A DNA stretch of 64,000 nt from an uncultured delta proteobacterium (GTDB lineage: Bacteria; Desulfobacterota; Desulfobacteria; Desulfobacterales; UBA2156). Position numbers and translations under genes: made by a program. The notes under the pieces are model-generated. The model was not told the origin of the DNA and did no database searches. It was given only the letters and a program-made list of their open reading frames with translations. This document shows, piece after piece, positions 41,540 through 52,289 of the stretch. Numbering within the stretch: the stretch's first letter is position 1; each line of letters starts with the position of its first letter. Location of the stretch: contig CAVTQK010000020.1 of assembly GCA_963736855.1 (NCBI GenBank), positions 105,670-169,669 on the forward strand, in the 5' to 3' direction.

Positions 41540-42496
41540 ATGCCGGACTTCTCTTCACAGATTGTCGAAAGATTGCCCACACTTTGCCGACTGGGGGCAA
41601 AAAACAAGATCCTCGGAATAAGGGCCCGAATGCTCCAGACCATTCGCCGTTTCTTTATTGAAAACGATTTTCTGGAAATTGAAACCCCTGTCCGCGTTCC
41701 CACATTGGCCCCGGAGGCCCACATCGATGCGATGACTTCCGAGGGATGGTTTTTACAGACATCCCCGGAGCTTTGCATGAAGCGGATGCTTTGTGCCGGG
41801 TATGATCGCCTTTTCCAGATCTGCCGCTGCTTTCGGAAGGGGGAAAGAGGAAGTCGCCACCTCCCGGAATTCACCATCCTGGAGTGGTATGCCGCAGGTT
41901 GGGATTATTTCCGCCTGATGGATCAATGCGAAGACCTAGTCCGGGTTGCGGCCAAAGAAGCGGGAAAAGGGGAGATGATTATTTACCAGGGCCAAATTAT
42001 CCGGCTCGAAAAACCGTGGCCGAAGATGACGGTGGCCGAGGTCTTTGACCGGTTTGCATCCATTTCCCTGGAGCGGGCGCTTTCCGAGGGGCGATTCGAA
42101 GAGGTCCTCGCCTTTGAGATCGAGCCGCACCTGGGTTTTGAAAGGCCTGTTTTTTTGCATCGCTATCCCGCATCTCTGGGCTCCTTGGCCCGATTGGATC
42201 CGGAGGACCCTTCCGTATCATTACGGTTCGAACTCTATGTCTGCGGAATCGAGCTTTGCAACGGATTCTTTGAATTGACGGATCCGGTGGAGCAGCGGCA
42301 CCGATTTGAAGCGGAGATGGCACAAAGGTTAGAGGCCGGAAAGACCGCATATCCGATGCCCGAGAAGTTCCTCAACGATTTGAAGTGGATGCCCGAATGC
42401 GCCGGAAACGCTCTTGGATTCGATCGCCTGGTCATGCTTTTAACCGATGCCCCCTCCGTGGATGCCGTGGTCGCTTTCTATCCGGAAGCCCTTTAA
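41540..42496 (+). CDS. epmA: EF-P beta-lysylation ligase (GenX/PoxA)
   Basis: FLQTSPELCMKRML, HLPEFTILEWY, ELCNGFFELTD, GFDRLVM; no anticodon-binding domain. Confidence 0.92.
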   Translation: MPDFSSQIVERLPTLCRLGAKNKILGIRARMLQTIRRFFIENDFLEIETPVRVPTLAPEAHIDAMTSEGWFLQTSPELCMKRMLCAGYDRLFQICRCFRKGERGSRHLPEFTILEWYAAGWDYFRLMDQCEDLVRVAAKEAGKGEMIIYQGQIIRLEKPWPKMTVAEVFDRFASISLERALSEGRFEEVLAFEIEPHLGFERPVFLHRYPASLGSLARLDPEDPSVSLRFELYVCGIELCNGFFELTDPVEQRHRFEAEMAQRLEAGKTAYPMPEKFLNDLKWMPECAGNALGFDRLVMLLTDAPSVDAVVAFYPEAL

Positions 42497-42688
42497 GGTT
42501 TTATCAGAAGATATCGCTTGTCCAAATCAAGGTCGTAATTGGGGATTAAAATAGGTATTGACATTTTCTTAAAAAAAAGTCTATTTTATAAGTAGTTATC
42601 AAGCCTATCCTATTTGACCTGTGGTGCTATAAAGCATGATAAAGGCATTAAAGCCCTCTCGGTAAAAAGACGTATCAGAAGGCGGGGA

Positions 42689-44983
42689 ATGTCCATGAAA
42701 AACGAACGGATCATGATCGTGGAAGATGACCAGGTCCTTGCCGAACATGTTCGGTCTAGCCTGAACGATTTGGGGTATATTGTTGATGCGATCGTACCGG
42801 ATGGGGAAGGGGCTGTCCGAGAGGCGGAAAGAAAAAAGCCCAATCTGGTTCTGATGGATATCCAATTGAAAGGAGCCATGAGCGGTATTACTGCATCCGA
42901 GATAATCTCGGGCCGGCTCAATATTCCGGTCGTATTTATCAGTGCCCACGAGGATGAAGCCCTGATGAAAAAAACGCGCATTTCCGGAGCCTGCGGTTAT
43001 CTTTTGAAACCCGTCGATGAACGGATCCTCAAAATAACCGTGGAGAACGCCTTATACCGACACAAAATAGAAGAGGCCTTTTCCGAGAGCGAAAAACGAT
43101 ATCGTGGAATCATCGAGGGCATGGCGGAAGGATATTACGAGGCAAACCTGGGGGGTTATCTGACGGTCATCAACGAGGCCATGGCTCAGATCGTGGGGCT
43201 GCCCAAAGAGCAATTGCTGGGCAAGAGCAATCGTGATTTCATGGAGCCGAATACTGCGAAACTCGTCTATAAGAAATTCAACGAGGTCTATCGCACGGGG
43301 GCTCCGGTAAAACAGTTTGCTTTTGAATTGATAACAAAGGATGGCCGAAGCCGGTATCTGGAAGTTTCCATCGCCCCTATAAAGAACCGTGAAAATAGGC
43401 CCATCGGTTTTCGGGGGATTGCGCGCGATATCACAGAAAAACGAAAAACGGAGATTTCGCTTATTGAAACGCGGAATTTTCTCCAAAATATCCTTAACAG
43501 TTCCATTGACGGCATTTGCACCACGGACATGAAGGGAAAGATCATCTTTACCACCCCCAGCTTGCAGGAAATGCTCGGCTTTGACCAGAAGGAACTCATC
43601 GGAAAACACGTGTATGATTTATACAAAAACGGAAAACAAGACGCCAAGCACATCATGGGGATTTTAACCCATCATGGGGGTCTTAAAAATCATGAGATGC
43701 AATTCGTGGCCAAAGACGGCAGGGAGCTTCACGTCATGCTCTCGGCTTCCATGCTCAAAGAGAAAGCTGGAAATTCCATCGGTACGCTTGGTATTTTCAA
43801 AGACATCACAGAGAGAAAAATGATGGAGGAACAGATCCTTCAAAGCCAGAAACACGAGTCCATCGGGGTTCTCGCCGGTGGAATCGCCCATGATTTCAAC
43901 AATCTTTTGACGGCGGTGGTCGGCAACATTTCCCTGGCCAGGATGTATGCCAAGGCCGAGGGGAAACTGGCCCAGGTTTTAAACGAGGCGGATCGGGCCT
44001 GCGGCCAAGCCAAAGAACTCACGGAGCGGCTCCTCAACTTCTCTCCTGGAGATAGGCCGGTGAAAAAAGTGGACGCCATCGGAAAGCTCATGCAGGACGT
44101 CACTGTACTGGCGCTGTCAGGATCCACCGTCTCCAATGATTTCGATGTGCCGGAGGACCTGTGGCTGGTGGAATATAATGCCGATCAAATGAAGGAGGTG
44201 TTTGTCAATATTGTCCTAAACGCCATGGAATCCATGCACAATAAGGGTGGAGTTGTCCGGGTCACGGGGCGAAATGTCCTGTTAGACCGAAAGAGGGTGG
44301 ATACCAATGAAGTCATTGCGGCCGGAAGATACGTGCAGCTTTCTTTTACCGATAACGGCGTTGGCATTCCGGAGGAAAATTTGCCGAAGATTTTTGATCC
44401 CTACTTCTCCACCAAGGAACAAGGAATCGAAAAAGGGATGGGTTTGGGGCTTACCTCAGTCTATTCCATCATTAAAAAACATGGAGGCCACATTCATGTA
44501 GAGTCTAAAAAGGGATCCGGGACCACGGTTCATATCTTCCTCCCGGCCTATGGAATCAGGAAGAGGGAAGCGGAGGGGATTGTTGAGCTCGGCGAGGCCC
44601 CGGAGCGGCCAAAAGGAAAATTCCTGGTGATGGACGACGAAGAAATCGTCCGTGAAGTGGTTGGGGAGATGCTTAAAGAGATGGGCTACACGGTAAAATT
44701 CGCCAAGGAAGGGAGCGAGGCTGTAGAACTTTACCATAAAGCCAAGGGAGCCGGTGCCCCGTTTGAGGCTGTCATTCTGGATGTGACGGTGAAAGCCGGC
44801 ATGGGAGGCAAGGAGACCCTCAAATGCCTTTTGGAGATCGATCCTGACATCAAGGCCTTTGTATCGAGCGGCTATAGCAATGAGCCGATCATGCTGGAAC
44901 ATCAGAAATATGGTTTTATCGGTGCTATCGCCAAACCCTTCAGCATCGAAACCCTCAAGGCAGCCATAGAAGAAAAGCTATAA
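42689..44983 (+). CDS. Hybrid sensor kinase (REC-PAS-PAS-HisKA-HATPase-REC)
   Basis: IVEDD/LMDIQL receiver, two PAS/PAC, AGGIAHDFNNLL, DNGVGI, GMGLGL, C-terminal VMDDE. Confidence 0.93.
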   Translation: MSMKNERIMIVEDDQVLAEHVRSSLNDLGYIVDAIVPDGEGAVREAERKKPNLVLMDIQLKGAMSGITASEIISGRLNIPVVFISAHEDEALMKKTRISGACGYLLKPVDERILKITVENALYRHKIEEAFSESEKRYRGIIEGMAEGYYEANLGGYLTVINEAMAQIVGLPKEQLLGKSNRDFMEPNTAKLVYKKFNEVYRTGAPVKQFAFELITKDGRSRYLEVSIAPIKNRENRPIGFRGIARDITEKRKTEISLIETRNFLQNILNSSIDGICTTDMKGKIIFTTPSLQEMLGFDQKELIGKHVYDLYKNGKQDAKHIMGILTHHGGLKNHEMQFVAKDGRELHVMLSASMLKEKAGNSIGTLGIFKDITERKMMEEQILQSQKHESIGVLAGGIAHDFNNLLTAVVGNISLARMYAKAEGKLAQVLNEADRACGQAKELTERLLNFSPGDRPVKKVDAIGKLMQDVTVLALSGSTVSNDFDVPEDLWLVEYNADQMKEVFVNIVLNAMESMHNKGGVVRVTGRNVLLDRKRVDTNEVIAAGRYVQLSFTDNGVGIPEENLPKIFDPYFSTKEQGIEKGMGLGLTSVYSIIKKHGGHIHVESKKGSGTTVHIFLPAYGIRKREAEGIVELGEAPERPKGKFLVMDDEEIVREVVGEMLKEMGYTVKFAKEGSEAVELYHKAKGAGAPFEAVILDVTVKAGMGGKETLKCLLEIDPDIKAFVSSGYSNEPIMLEHQKYGFIGAIAKPFSIETLKAAIEEKL

Positions 44984-45021
44984 AGCCAGGAGCCGCATTC
45001 TCAGAAGCGCCGGATCCCACC

Positions 45022-46191
45022 TTATTTTTTCGATGGCGTTACAAGAACGTAAAATAATCCCGACCCCAGAATCATGAACCCGGTGCCCATGGAGAAAGCC
45101 TGGCGTAACTGAAAAAAATCCATCGTCAACCCGGCCAGAACCGATCCCACCAGCATCCCGCCGCTGTGAGCCATGGTCAGAATCGCCATGACGGATCCCA
45201 TAGCCTTCACCTGATTTCCTTTGAGCACCGCCATTCCCATCAGCGGCGGTATGGAGATCCCTCCTCCCAACCCGAAAAGAATGTTGGCAAGTAAGAGATC
45301 CCGGAATCCGCCGGCAAATTGAAAAAGTATCAGCCCGCAGCAGGCGATCCCTCCTCCGGTCAGTATCATTCCCTTTCGATTCATCCGGTCGGCCAAATAG
45401 CCCATGGGCGTCTGGAGGAGACCGCTGAGAAACACACCCAGCATCACCAGAACGCCGATGAGGGAACTCGAGACGGAAAACATCTTGGAGGCGTAAATGG
45501 GCAGAAATCCCCAGATCACCCCGATGCAGGCGGTATAAGAAAAACGGAAAAAAAAGAGCCCTACCAGATCCCGATCCGCAAAAAGCCGGCGCCACCCCGC
45601 CGTATTTTTATCAAAGGGCCGGATCGCCTCGGTTCGGGTGGGAGGGAGGAAAAGAAAGCTCAACAAAAAGGCGACAAGTGCCAGGGTGCCCATGATGATA
45701 AAAGCGGCGTTCAGGCTCCACCGATCATGGACGTAACCCCCAAGGAGCGGCCCGATGCTCAGGCTTAAAAATATCGACATGTTAAACATGCCCATGGTGA
45801 ACCCCTCTTTTCCTGAAGGAGCGATATCCCCAACGTAGGCTTGTACCACCGGCATGATCATGGCTGAAGCGATCCCCTGAAAAAACCGGATGCCGATGAG
45901 GGTGGGGATGTCCCGGGAAAGGATGAACGCAACCGAGACGAGGGCGTAGGCCAAAAGACCGGCGGTGATGAACGGCTTTCGGCCTTTTTTATCGGAAAGG
46001 CGGCCGAAAAAAGGCAGGAAAAAGGTTCTGGACAGAGAAAAGGCCCCGAAGATCAGCCCGATGTAAATCCCGCTCGCTCCCAGGTCATGCGCATAAACCG
46101 GCAAAAGTGGTACCACGACCCCGACACCGGTCACGGCGGCGAAAATAGAAAAAAAGAGGGTGCCGAAGACCTTTTTATCCAGGCCGGTCAA
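45022..46191 (-). CDS. MFS transporter (DHA1-like)
   Basis: GRLSDKKGRK motif A, ~12 TM. Confidence 0.88.
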   Translation of the reverse strand: MTGLDKKVFGTLFFSIFAAVTGVGVVVPLLPVYAHDLGASGIYIGLIFGAFSLSRTFFLPFFGRLSDKKGRKPFITAGLLAYALVSVAFILSRDIPTLIGIRFFQGIASAMIMPVVQAYVGDIAPSGKEGFTMGMFNMSIFLSLSIGPLLGGYVHDRWSLNAAFIIMGTLALVAFLLSFLFLPPTRTEAIRPFDKNTAGWRRLFADRDLVGLFFFRFSYTACIGVIWGFLPIYASKMFSVSSSLIGVLVMLGVFLSGLLQTPMGYLADRMNRKGMILTGGGIACCGLILFQFAGGFRDLLLANILFGLGGGISIPPLMGMAVLKGNQVKAMGSVMAILTMAHSGGMLVGSVLAGLTMDFFQLRQAFSMGTGFMILGSGLFYVLVTPSKK

Positions 46192-46192
46192 A

Positions 46193-47569
46193 TCAATCGT
46201 TCCGATGCTCCGGTGGCGGGATCTCTTTCCTGATTGCGGACACGACGGATTCCACGATTTGACGGATTTCGGTCAGACGAGCTTCGGTTTCGGCCTCGAA
46301 TCTTAATACTATAACGGGCTGGGTGTTGGAAGCCCGTACCAGGCCCCAACCGTCGGAAAAAAGAACCCGGACGCCGTCGATATCGATAACATTATAGCGC
46401 TTTTGAAAATATTCGGTGACTTTTTGCACCAAGGCAAATTTCAAATCGTCCGGGCATTCCACCCGGATTTCCGGGGTCGTGAAAGTCTTTGGAACATCCG
46501 CCAGAAGGGTGGAGATCTTCCGGTCGGAGGCGGAAAGGATTTCCAGAAGTCGGCATGAAGCATAGATGGCGTCGTCGTACCCGAAATACCGGTCTTTGAA
46601 GAATATGTGACCGCTCATCTCGCCTGCCAATTCCGCTTTTTCCACCTTCATCTTGTGCTTGATGAGGGAGTGTCCGGTTTTCCACATGATGGCCCGGCCC
46701 CCGTTCTTTTTGATGTCGTCGTAGAGGGTCTTGGAGCATTTCACCTCGGAGATAAAAGTCGCACCGGGTTTTCTGGAAAGGATCTCCCTCGAAAAAAGGA
46801 TCATGAGCTTATCCCCGTAAATGATGGTCCCGGTCTCGTCTATAATCCCGATCCGGTCGCTGTCTCCGTCGTAACCGATACCCACGTCGAGCTTTTTTTC
46901 TTGAACCAGCTCGATGAGGTCCTTGAGGTTTTTAGCAACGGTGGGGTCCGCTTCATGGTTGGGGAAAGTCCCGTCCATGTCGCAATAAAGGTCATGAACC
47001 TCGCATTGGAGGGCCTTCAGGATGGGAAGTGCTACTACGCCCCCGGTCCCGTTCCCTGCGTCCAGACCTACCCGAAGAGGGCGTTTGAGGGCGATGTTGT
47101 TGATAACGAAGTCCTGGTAAAACGGGATGACATCGGTCTGAGATAACGTCCCTTGACCCGTTTCGAAGTCCTCCCTTTGGATGAGACCCAAGATCTTCTT
47201 CAGCTCTTCACCGTAAACAGAGTCGAGATCCATACAGACCTTGAAACCGTTGTACTCCGGCGGATTATGGCTGGCGGTGACCATGACCCCGCCTTCTTTT
47301 TTAAGATGTTGGATGGAAAAGTAGAATACAGGGGTCGGACAGACACCGATGTCGATAACATCACATCCCGTGGATCGCAGCCCTTGGATAAGCCTCTCGG
47401 AATAGGCCTCGGAAGTCACCCGACAGTCTCTCCCCACAGTGAGGCGGGATCGGCCATATCGCTTCAGGTAGGTCCCGGCTCCTTTTCCGATCTGAACGAT
47501 GTCATCATCGGAAAAATCCTTTCCGGTGATTCCCCGGATGTCGTATTCCCTGAAAATCAATGGGTTCAT
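46193..47569 (-). CDS. Phosphomannomutase/phosphoglucomutase
   Basis: FREYDIRG, TASHNP, DGDSDR, GEMSGH. Confidence 0.95.
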   Translation of the reverse strand: MNPLIFREYDIRGITGKDFSDDDIVQIGKGAGTYLKRYGRSRLTVGRDCRVTSEAYSERLIQGLRSTGCDVIDIGVCPTPVFYFSIQHLKKEGGVMVTASHNPPEYNGFKVCMDLDSVYGEELKKILGLIQREDFETGQGTLSQTDVIPFYQDFVINNIALKRPLRVGLDAGNGTGGVVALPILKALQCEVHDLYCDMDGTFPNHEADPTVAKNLKDLIELVQEKKLDVGIGYDGDSDRIGIIDETGTIIYGDKLMILFSREILSRKPGATFISEVKCSKTLYDDIKKNGGRAIMWKTGHSLIKHKMKVEKAELAGEMSGHIFFKDRYFGYDDAIYASCRLLEILSASDRKISTLLADVPKTFTTPEIRVECPDDLKFALVQKVTEYFQKRYNVIDIDGVRVLFSDGWGLVRASNTQPVIVLRFEAETEARLTEIRQIVESVVSAIRKEIPPPEHRND

Positions 47570-47582
47570 ATGTACCTTCCTT

Positions 47583-48407
47583 TTACCTGGTAAAAATCAA
47601 AATGAGGACCCCCACGACCCAGCAATACGGCGCAAAAACCGAAAGCCTACCCTGATTCACGAACCGAAGCAGGATTTTCAAGGCAAAGAACCCAACAACA
47701 GCGGCCGTGGCAGAACCGAGCAGAAGCATCTTCAACGATACCGGAGATGGAGTCAAGGAAGAACTCAACTGCAGCAGGAGTGCGCCAAAAATGGCGGGAA
47801 TCGACAGGAGAAAAGAAAAAGGGCCAGCCGTTTCTCTTTGAATGCCCAGGAGCAAAGCGGTAGAAATGGTCGTTCCGGAGCGGGAAAGCCCGGGAAGTAT
47901 CGCCATCCCCTGGGAGAATCCGATGATCAGGGCATCCCGGATCGTCATGGCCGCGATGGGACGTCCGTGTGCGGTCCCCCTTCGGGTCAGAAACAGGAGC
48001 AGCCCCGTTACCAACAGCATGATCCCGGCGACTCGGGTCGTTCCGAAAAGCAAATCGATTTGTGTTTGGAAAAAAAGCCCCAGGACACCCGTGGGGAGAG
48101 TTCCGAATCCGATAAGGACAATCATCCGAAAATCCGGATTCTGATTAAACAGGGTGACGATTCCGCCGGCGTTTCCTATAAGAGCGGGAAGTCGAATCAA
48201 GACAGACGCCAGCCTTTGAATCTCCTTAAAAAAAACAACGAACACGGCAATAAGGGTTCCCACATGAAGACAGACATCCAAGAGGAGCTGGGGTTCCTTC
48301 ATGCCGAAGGCGTGCTGGAACAAGACCAGATGTCCGGAGCTACTTACCGGCAAGAATTCAGTGAGTCCCTGGACTATGCCGAGGATAAGAATCTTCAGGG
48401 TTTCCAC
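47583..48407 (-). CDS. uppP: Undecaprenyl-diphosphate phosphatase (BacA)
   Basis: QGLTEFLPVSSSGHL, PGLSRSGTT; GTG start just after the rtcB stop. Confidence 0.93.
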   Translation of the reverse strand: METLKILILGIVQGLTEFLPVSSSGHLVLFQHAFGMKEPQLLLDVCLHVGTLIAVFVVFFKEIQRLASVLIRLPALIGNAGGIVTLFNQNPDFRMIVLIGFGTLPTGVLGLFFQTQIDLLFGTTRVAGIMLLVTGLLLFLTRRGTAHGRPIAAMTIRDALIIGFSQGMAILPGLSRSGTTISTALLLGIQRETAGPFSFLLSIPAIFGALLLQLSSSLTPSPVSLKMLLLGSATAAVVGFFALKILLRFVNQGRLSVFAPYCWVVGVLILIFTR

Positions 48408-48409
48408 GG

Positions 48410-49849
48410 TTATCCTTTCACCACGGCCAAGGGTCTTAAGCGGGCGACCTTCTTCGAGATGCCGGCGCCATGGACTACCTCCACCACCTTGGAAACGTCT
48501 TTGTAGGCCTCGGGCATCTCTTCTCCCAGGGTTCCTCTTCCGCTCCATCGGACCAGAATCCCCTGATCCTCGAGTTCACGATTTATGGACCGTCCCTTGC
48601 TTTTTTTCATGGCTGCCTTTCGACTCAAGACCCGGCCGGCCCCGTGGCAGGTGGATCCGAAGGTCTCCTCCATGGCCTTTTGGGTTCCCACCAGCACATA
48701 GGACGCCCGCCCCATGTCTCCGGGAATGAGGATCGGTTGACCCACCGGGCGATAGGCGGCGCAAAGATCCGGATGGCCGGGCGGAAAGGAACGGGTGGCG
48801 CCTTTCCGGTGCACGCAGACCACGCGGTCTTTGCCTTCGATGACATGGGTTTCCCGCTTGGCGATGTTGTGGGAGACATCGTAGACCAGGTTCATGGAAA
48901 GATCTTTTGGACCGATCCCGAACACCCGATAGAAGACCTCCCGTGAAAGATGCAAAAGGATCTGCCGGTTGGTCCAGGCGTAGTTGGCGGCGCATGCCAT
49001 GGCATTGAAGTATGCCGTCCCTTCTTCCGAACGGATCGGGGCGCAGGCCAGTTGCCGATCCGGCAGCTCGAAGTCAAACTTTTTCGAAAGGCGGGTCATC
49101 CGGGCCAAAAAGTCGTCGCACACCTGGTACCCCAGCCCCCTGGAGCCCGAGTGCAGGATCAACGTCACCTGTCCTTCGAAAAGACCGAAGGCCCTGGCCA
49201 CGTCCGGATCGAAGATGGTGTCCACGGTTCCCACTTCCAGGAAGTGGTTGCCGGATCCGAGGGTCCCGAGCTGGTTTTTCCCCCTTTCCAGGGCTCTTTC
49301 GCTCACTGTTTCCGGATCGGCATTTTCCAGACTCCCCCCTTCTTCGGTGTGTTCCAGATCGACATCCTCTCCATATCCCTGTGACACCGCCCAGCTGCTT
49401 CCAAGGCGAAGGACTTTTTTAACTTCTTTTGCGCTGAGTTTGATGGACCCGGTGGAACCCACACCGGAGGGAATATATCGATAAAGGGCGTTGACCAATT
49501 CCTCGAGTTTAGAAGCAATGTCGGCCTTGGAAAGGGCGGTTGTGGCCAAGCGCACCCCGCAGTTGATGTCGTACCCTACCCCTCCGGGGGATATGACCCC
49601 TTCATCCCAGTCGAAAGCAGCCACGCCGCCGATGGGAAAACCGTACCCCCAGTGGATGTCCGGCATGGCCAAAGACGCTTTTAAGATTCCGGGAAGCGTG
49701 GCCACATTGGCCACCTGTTGCAAAGGCTCGTTGTGTTCCTTTCCTGACAGCAGGGAGTCGTCGGAATAGATTATCCCCGGCACCCGCATCTTTCCTGTGG
49801 CGGGAATTTCCCATCGGTATTGATCGATTTTTTTTACCGTAATCTCCAT
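48410..49849 (-). CDS. rtcB: RtcB RNA ligase
   Basis: MPDIHWGYGFPIGG, GYDINCG, GSGNHFLE, HSGSRG, HRKGAT, PGDMG, HGAGR. Confidence 0.96.
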   Translation of the reverse strand: MEITVKKIDQYRWEIPATGKMRVPGIIYSDDSLLSGKEHNEPLQQVANVATLPGILKASLAMPDIHWGYGFPIGGVAAFDWDEGVISPGGVGYDINCGVRLATTALSKADIASKLEELVNALYRYIPSGVGSTGSIKLSAKEVKKVLRLGSSWAVSQGYGEDVDLEHTEEGGSLENADPETVSERALERGKNQLGTLGSGNHFLEVGTVDTIFDPDVARAFGLFEGQVTLILHSGSRGLGYQVCDDFLARMTRLSKKFDFELPDRQLACAPIRSEEGTAYFNAMACAANYAWTNRQILLHLSREVFYRVFGIGPKDLSMNLVYDVSHNIAKRETHVIEGKDRVVCVHRKGATRSFPPGHPDLCAAYRPVGQPILIPGDMGRASYVLVGTQKAMEETFGSTCHGAGRVLSRKAAMKKSKGRSINRELEDQGILVRWSGRGTLGEEMPEAYKDVSKVVEVVHGAGISKKVARLRPLAVVKG

Positions 49850-49880
49850 GGGGCCTTCCTCTCATGGTTCATCATGAGCG

Positions 49881-50318
49881 TTACACGTCGAATATGACTT
49901 TTGCCTCCCAACCGGAGGGAGTCCGCTTGACCTGGATCTGATGATAGGTCACCGCTTTAATATCGTTTTGAATCAAATGGCGCTCCGAGTCGTAAGGGTG
50001 CACCCACACCGTTGCCGAAAGACGATTTTCGTCAACCGCCGTGACATCGGCCTTTTGTACCAAAAGCCCCTTTCCTGTCCAAAAATAAAGAAGCTCCCGC
50101 AACCAGATGACCATCAGGTCGGCCCGGTCCTCTCCCTCAAGCTGGAGGGTCTCCATGCTTCCCTTTCCCGACGCCCTCCCTTCCACGAGGAGGGCAAAAA
50201 GCGCTCGGGCGGCAGTTTCATAAAGGGCTTTTTCCGTGGGTCCAAAGACAAGGATCCCCAAGTCTGCGGTGTGGTCGATGACTCGATACCCCGCCTTTTG
50301 GGCCCTTGGTTGGTTCAT
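49881..50318 (-). CDS. Archease
   Basis: DHTADL, IKAVTYH, C-terminal IFDV. Confidence 0.92.
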   Translation of the reverse strand: MNQPRAQKAGYRVIDHTADLGILVFGPTEKALYETAARALFALLVEGRASGKGSMETLQLEGEDRADLMVIWLRELLYFWTGKGLLVQKADVTAVDENRLSATVWVHPYDSERHLIQNDIKAVTYHQIQVKRTPSGWEAKVIFDV

Positions 50319-52246
50319 ATAATATACTCTCCGGTCCGCCTTGTCGAATACCCTCCCAGGCTTTTCACGCGATTTTTAAATTCGGACGAAGAGATGATCT
50401 CCAAAAGGGCCTGGATCTTATTCGATTCGAAGTGTTCCTGGGGAATGATCAGATCGTACTGCTCGGTCACCACAGGGATGAAATCGAGCCTCAAAGCCTT
50501 TGCCGCCGAGAAGATACCCAGCCCCACATCCGCCGCACCGCTTTGTACGGCCACGGCCACGGCCATGTGGGTATATTCCTCGGCGGCATACCCGTTGATC
50601 TGTTCAGAACGGATTCCCTGTTCTTGCAGCCGGTAATCCAGCAGAACCCGGGTTCCGGATCCGGATTGACGATTGATAAATAACACATCCTTCCGGGTCA
50701 GATCCTCGATCCCTTTGACTTTTTTGGGGTTCCCTTTGGGGAGGATGAATCCTTGATCTCGGAAGACGAGCTGGACAACCCGGACCGGGATTTCCGGAAG
50801 AAGGCGACGGATGTAAGAAAGGTTATAGGAACCATCCGTTGGGTCCAAAAGGTGCGAGCCGGCCACATGACATACGCCGCGCTTGATGGCCATCAAGCCT
50901 CCCATGCTCCCCACGTGGCTTGAAGACAGCGAGAAAGCGGGATACCGGGCCTTGATCAGGTCGGCCAACACGTCCAGGGTGTTGTCGTGGCTTCCCACCG
51001 CCACAATGGTGTTTTCCAGCGCCGGAAGGGGCCGCAACAGCTCCGCTCGAACCGGCTCCTGCTCCTGGACTCCTTCCACATGATTGGGGATGCGGATGAT
51101 GCCGTCGGCTTCAGTCAAAGAGGTGATGCATCCGGCCCCCCGGGGAAGGGGTGTGGCCACCAAGGCATCTCCCACCTTCCCGATCTTCACCCGCACGAAC
51201 TCTTCCAGGCCCAGCCTGGAGGCGATTTTTCGGGTGGGCTTGACCAGAACCGTCTCGCGCCTCCGTTCTTCCTGGCCCAGCATCCTGCAGATGAGCGGGC
51301 CGATAAACTCCTCAAAAGCGATGATGGCCGAAACCGAATATCCCGGTACCCCGAAAACGGGTTTTCCGCTGACTTGCCCGATGACGATGGGTTTGCCCGG
51401 CATGATGGTGACCCCATGCACCAGAACTTTGCCCAGGTCGGCGATTACGAGCCTGGAGTAGTCCTCGGATCCGGCGGAGGACCCCCCACCGATCAAGACG
51501 ATGTCAAAATCCCCCTGGATTCCGTCTGCAACCGCTTTCCGGATGGCGTTCACGTCGTCTTTGAGCATCTCGTGCCGAACGAATGTTCCTCCCCATTCCT
51601 CGATGAGCTTTCCCAAGACGAAGGAGTTGGTTTCCAGGACCTGGCCGGGGCGGATCGATTCCAGAGGGACTTTCCGCCAGTCCACCAGCTCGGAGCCCGT
51701 GGGGATGATGAGGACCCTGGGCTTGGGTTTCACAGGAACCGAAAAGATCCCTCCGGAAAGAAGCGCCCCCACGCAGTAAGGGGTGATTCGATGGTTCTGG
51801 GGGAACAACAGCTCCGTTGCCACGATGTCTTCTCCCACTTTTCGGACATGCTGGAAAGGGAAGACCGGGGCTTCGATATCAATACGGTCTGTTCCCGCCT
51901 CCCGGACATGCTCGATCATGATGACGGCGTTGGTTCCCGGAGGAAGGACATTCCCGGTGTTTACATAAAAGGCTTCTTTTCCGATGATGAGTTCTTTGGG
52001 GGATGTTTCACCGGCTCCATAGGTCTTTTCGGCTTCCACGGCCACTCCGTCCATAGCGGCAAGGTGTGCATCCGGCGAGGAGATCCTGGCAAAGATCGGC
52101 TCACCCATGACCCTGCCCACCGCGTCCGGTGCAGACACCCATTCGCACGGCACTTTTTTGGGCTCCGGAAGCATCTCAAACAGGATCTTCCGGGCTTCTT
52201 CCAATGTTTTCATTTGAAGATAGACGTTTCGGTCTTTTTTCATCAA
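50315..52246 (-). CDS. MoeA fused to periplasmic-binding-type (PBP) domain
   Basis: AAMDG, TGSEL, GGSSAG, PGKP; C-terminal GSHD, GSMGGL, NRQSGSGTR. Confidence 0.9.
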   Translation of the reverse strand: MMKKDRNVYLQMKTLEEARKILFEMLPEPKKVPCEWVSAPDAVGRVMGEPIFARISSPDAHLAAMDGVAVEAEKTYGAGETSPKELIIGKEAFYVNTGNVLPPGTNAVIMIEHVREAGTDRIDIEAPVFPFQHVRKVGEDIVATELLFPQNHRITPYCVGALLSGGIFSVPVKPKPRVLIIPTGSELVDWRKVPLESIRPGQVLETNSFVLGKLIEEWGGTFVRHEMLKDDVNAIRKAVADGIQGDFDIVLIGGGSSAGSEDYSRLVIADLGKVLVHGVTIMPGKPIVIGQVSGKPVFGVPGYSVSAIIAFEEFIGPLICRMLGQEERRRETVLVKPTRKIASRLGLEEFVRVKIGKVGDALVATPLPRGAGCITSLTEADGIIRIPNHVEGVQEQEPVRAELLRPLPALENTIVAVGSHDNTLDVLADLIKARYPAFSLSSSHVGSMGGLMAIKRGVCHVAGSHLLDPTDGSYNLSYIRRLLPEIPVRVVQLVFRDQGFILPKGNPKKVKGIEDLTRKDVLFINRQSGSGTRVLLDYRLQEQGIRSEQINGYAAEEYTHMAVAVAVQSGAADVGLGIFSAAKALRLDFIPVVTEQYDLIIPQEHFESNKIQALLEIISSSEFKNRVKSLGGYSTRRTGEYII

Positions 52247-52289
52247 TACCTCCCAAAGAATTCAAACAGGGCGTCTTGGACCGTTTCTG

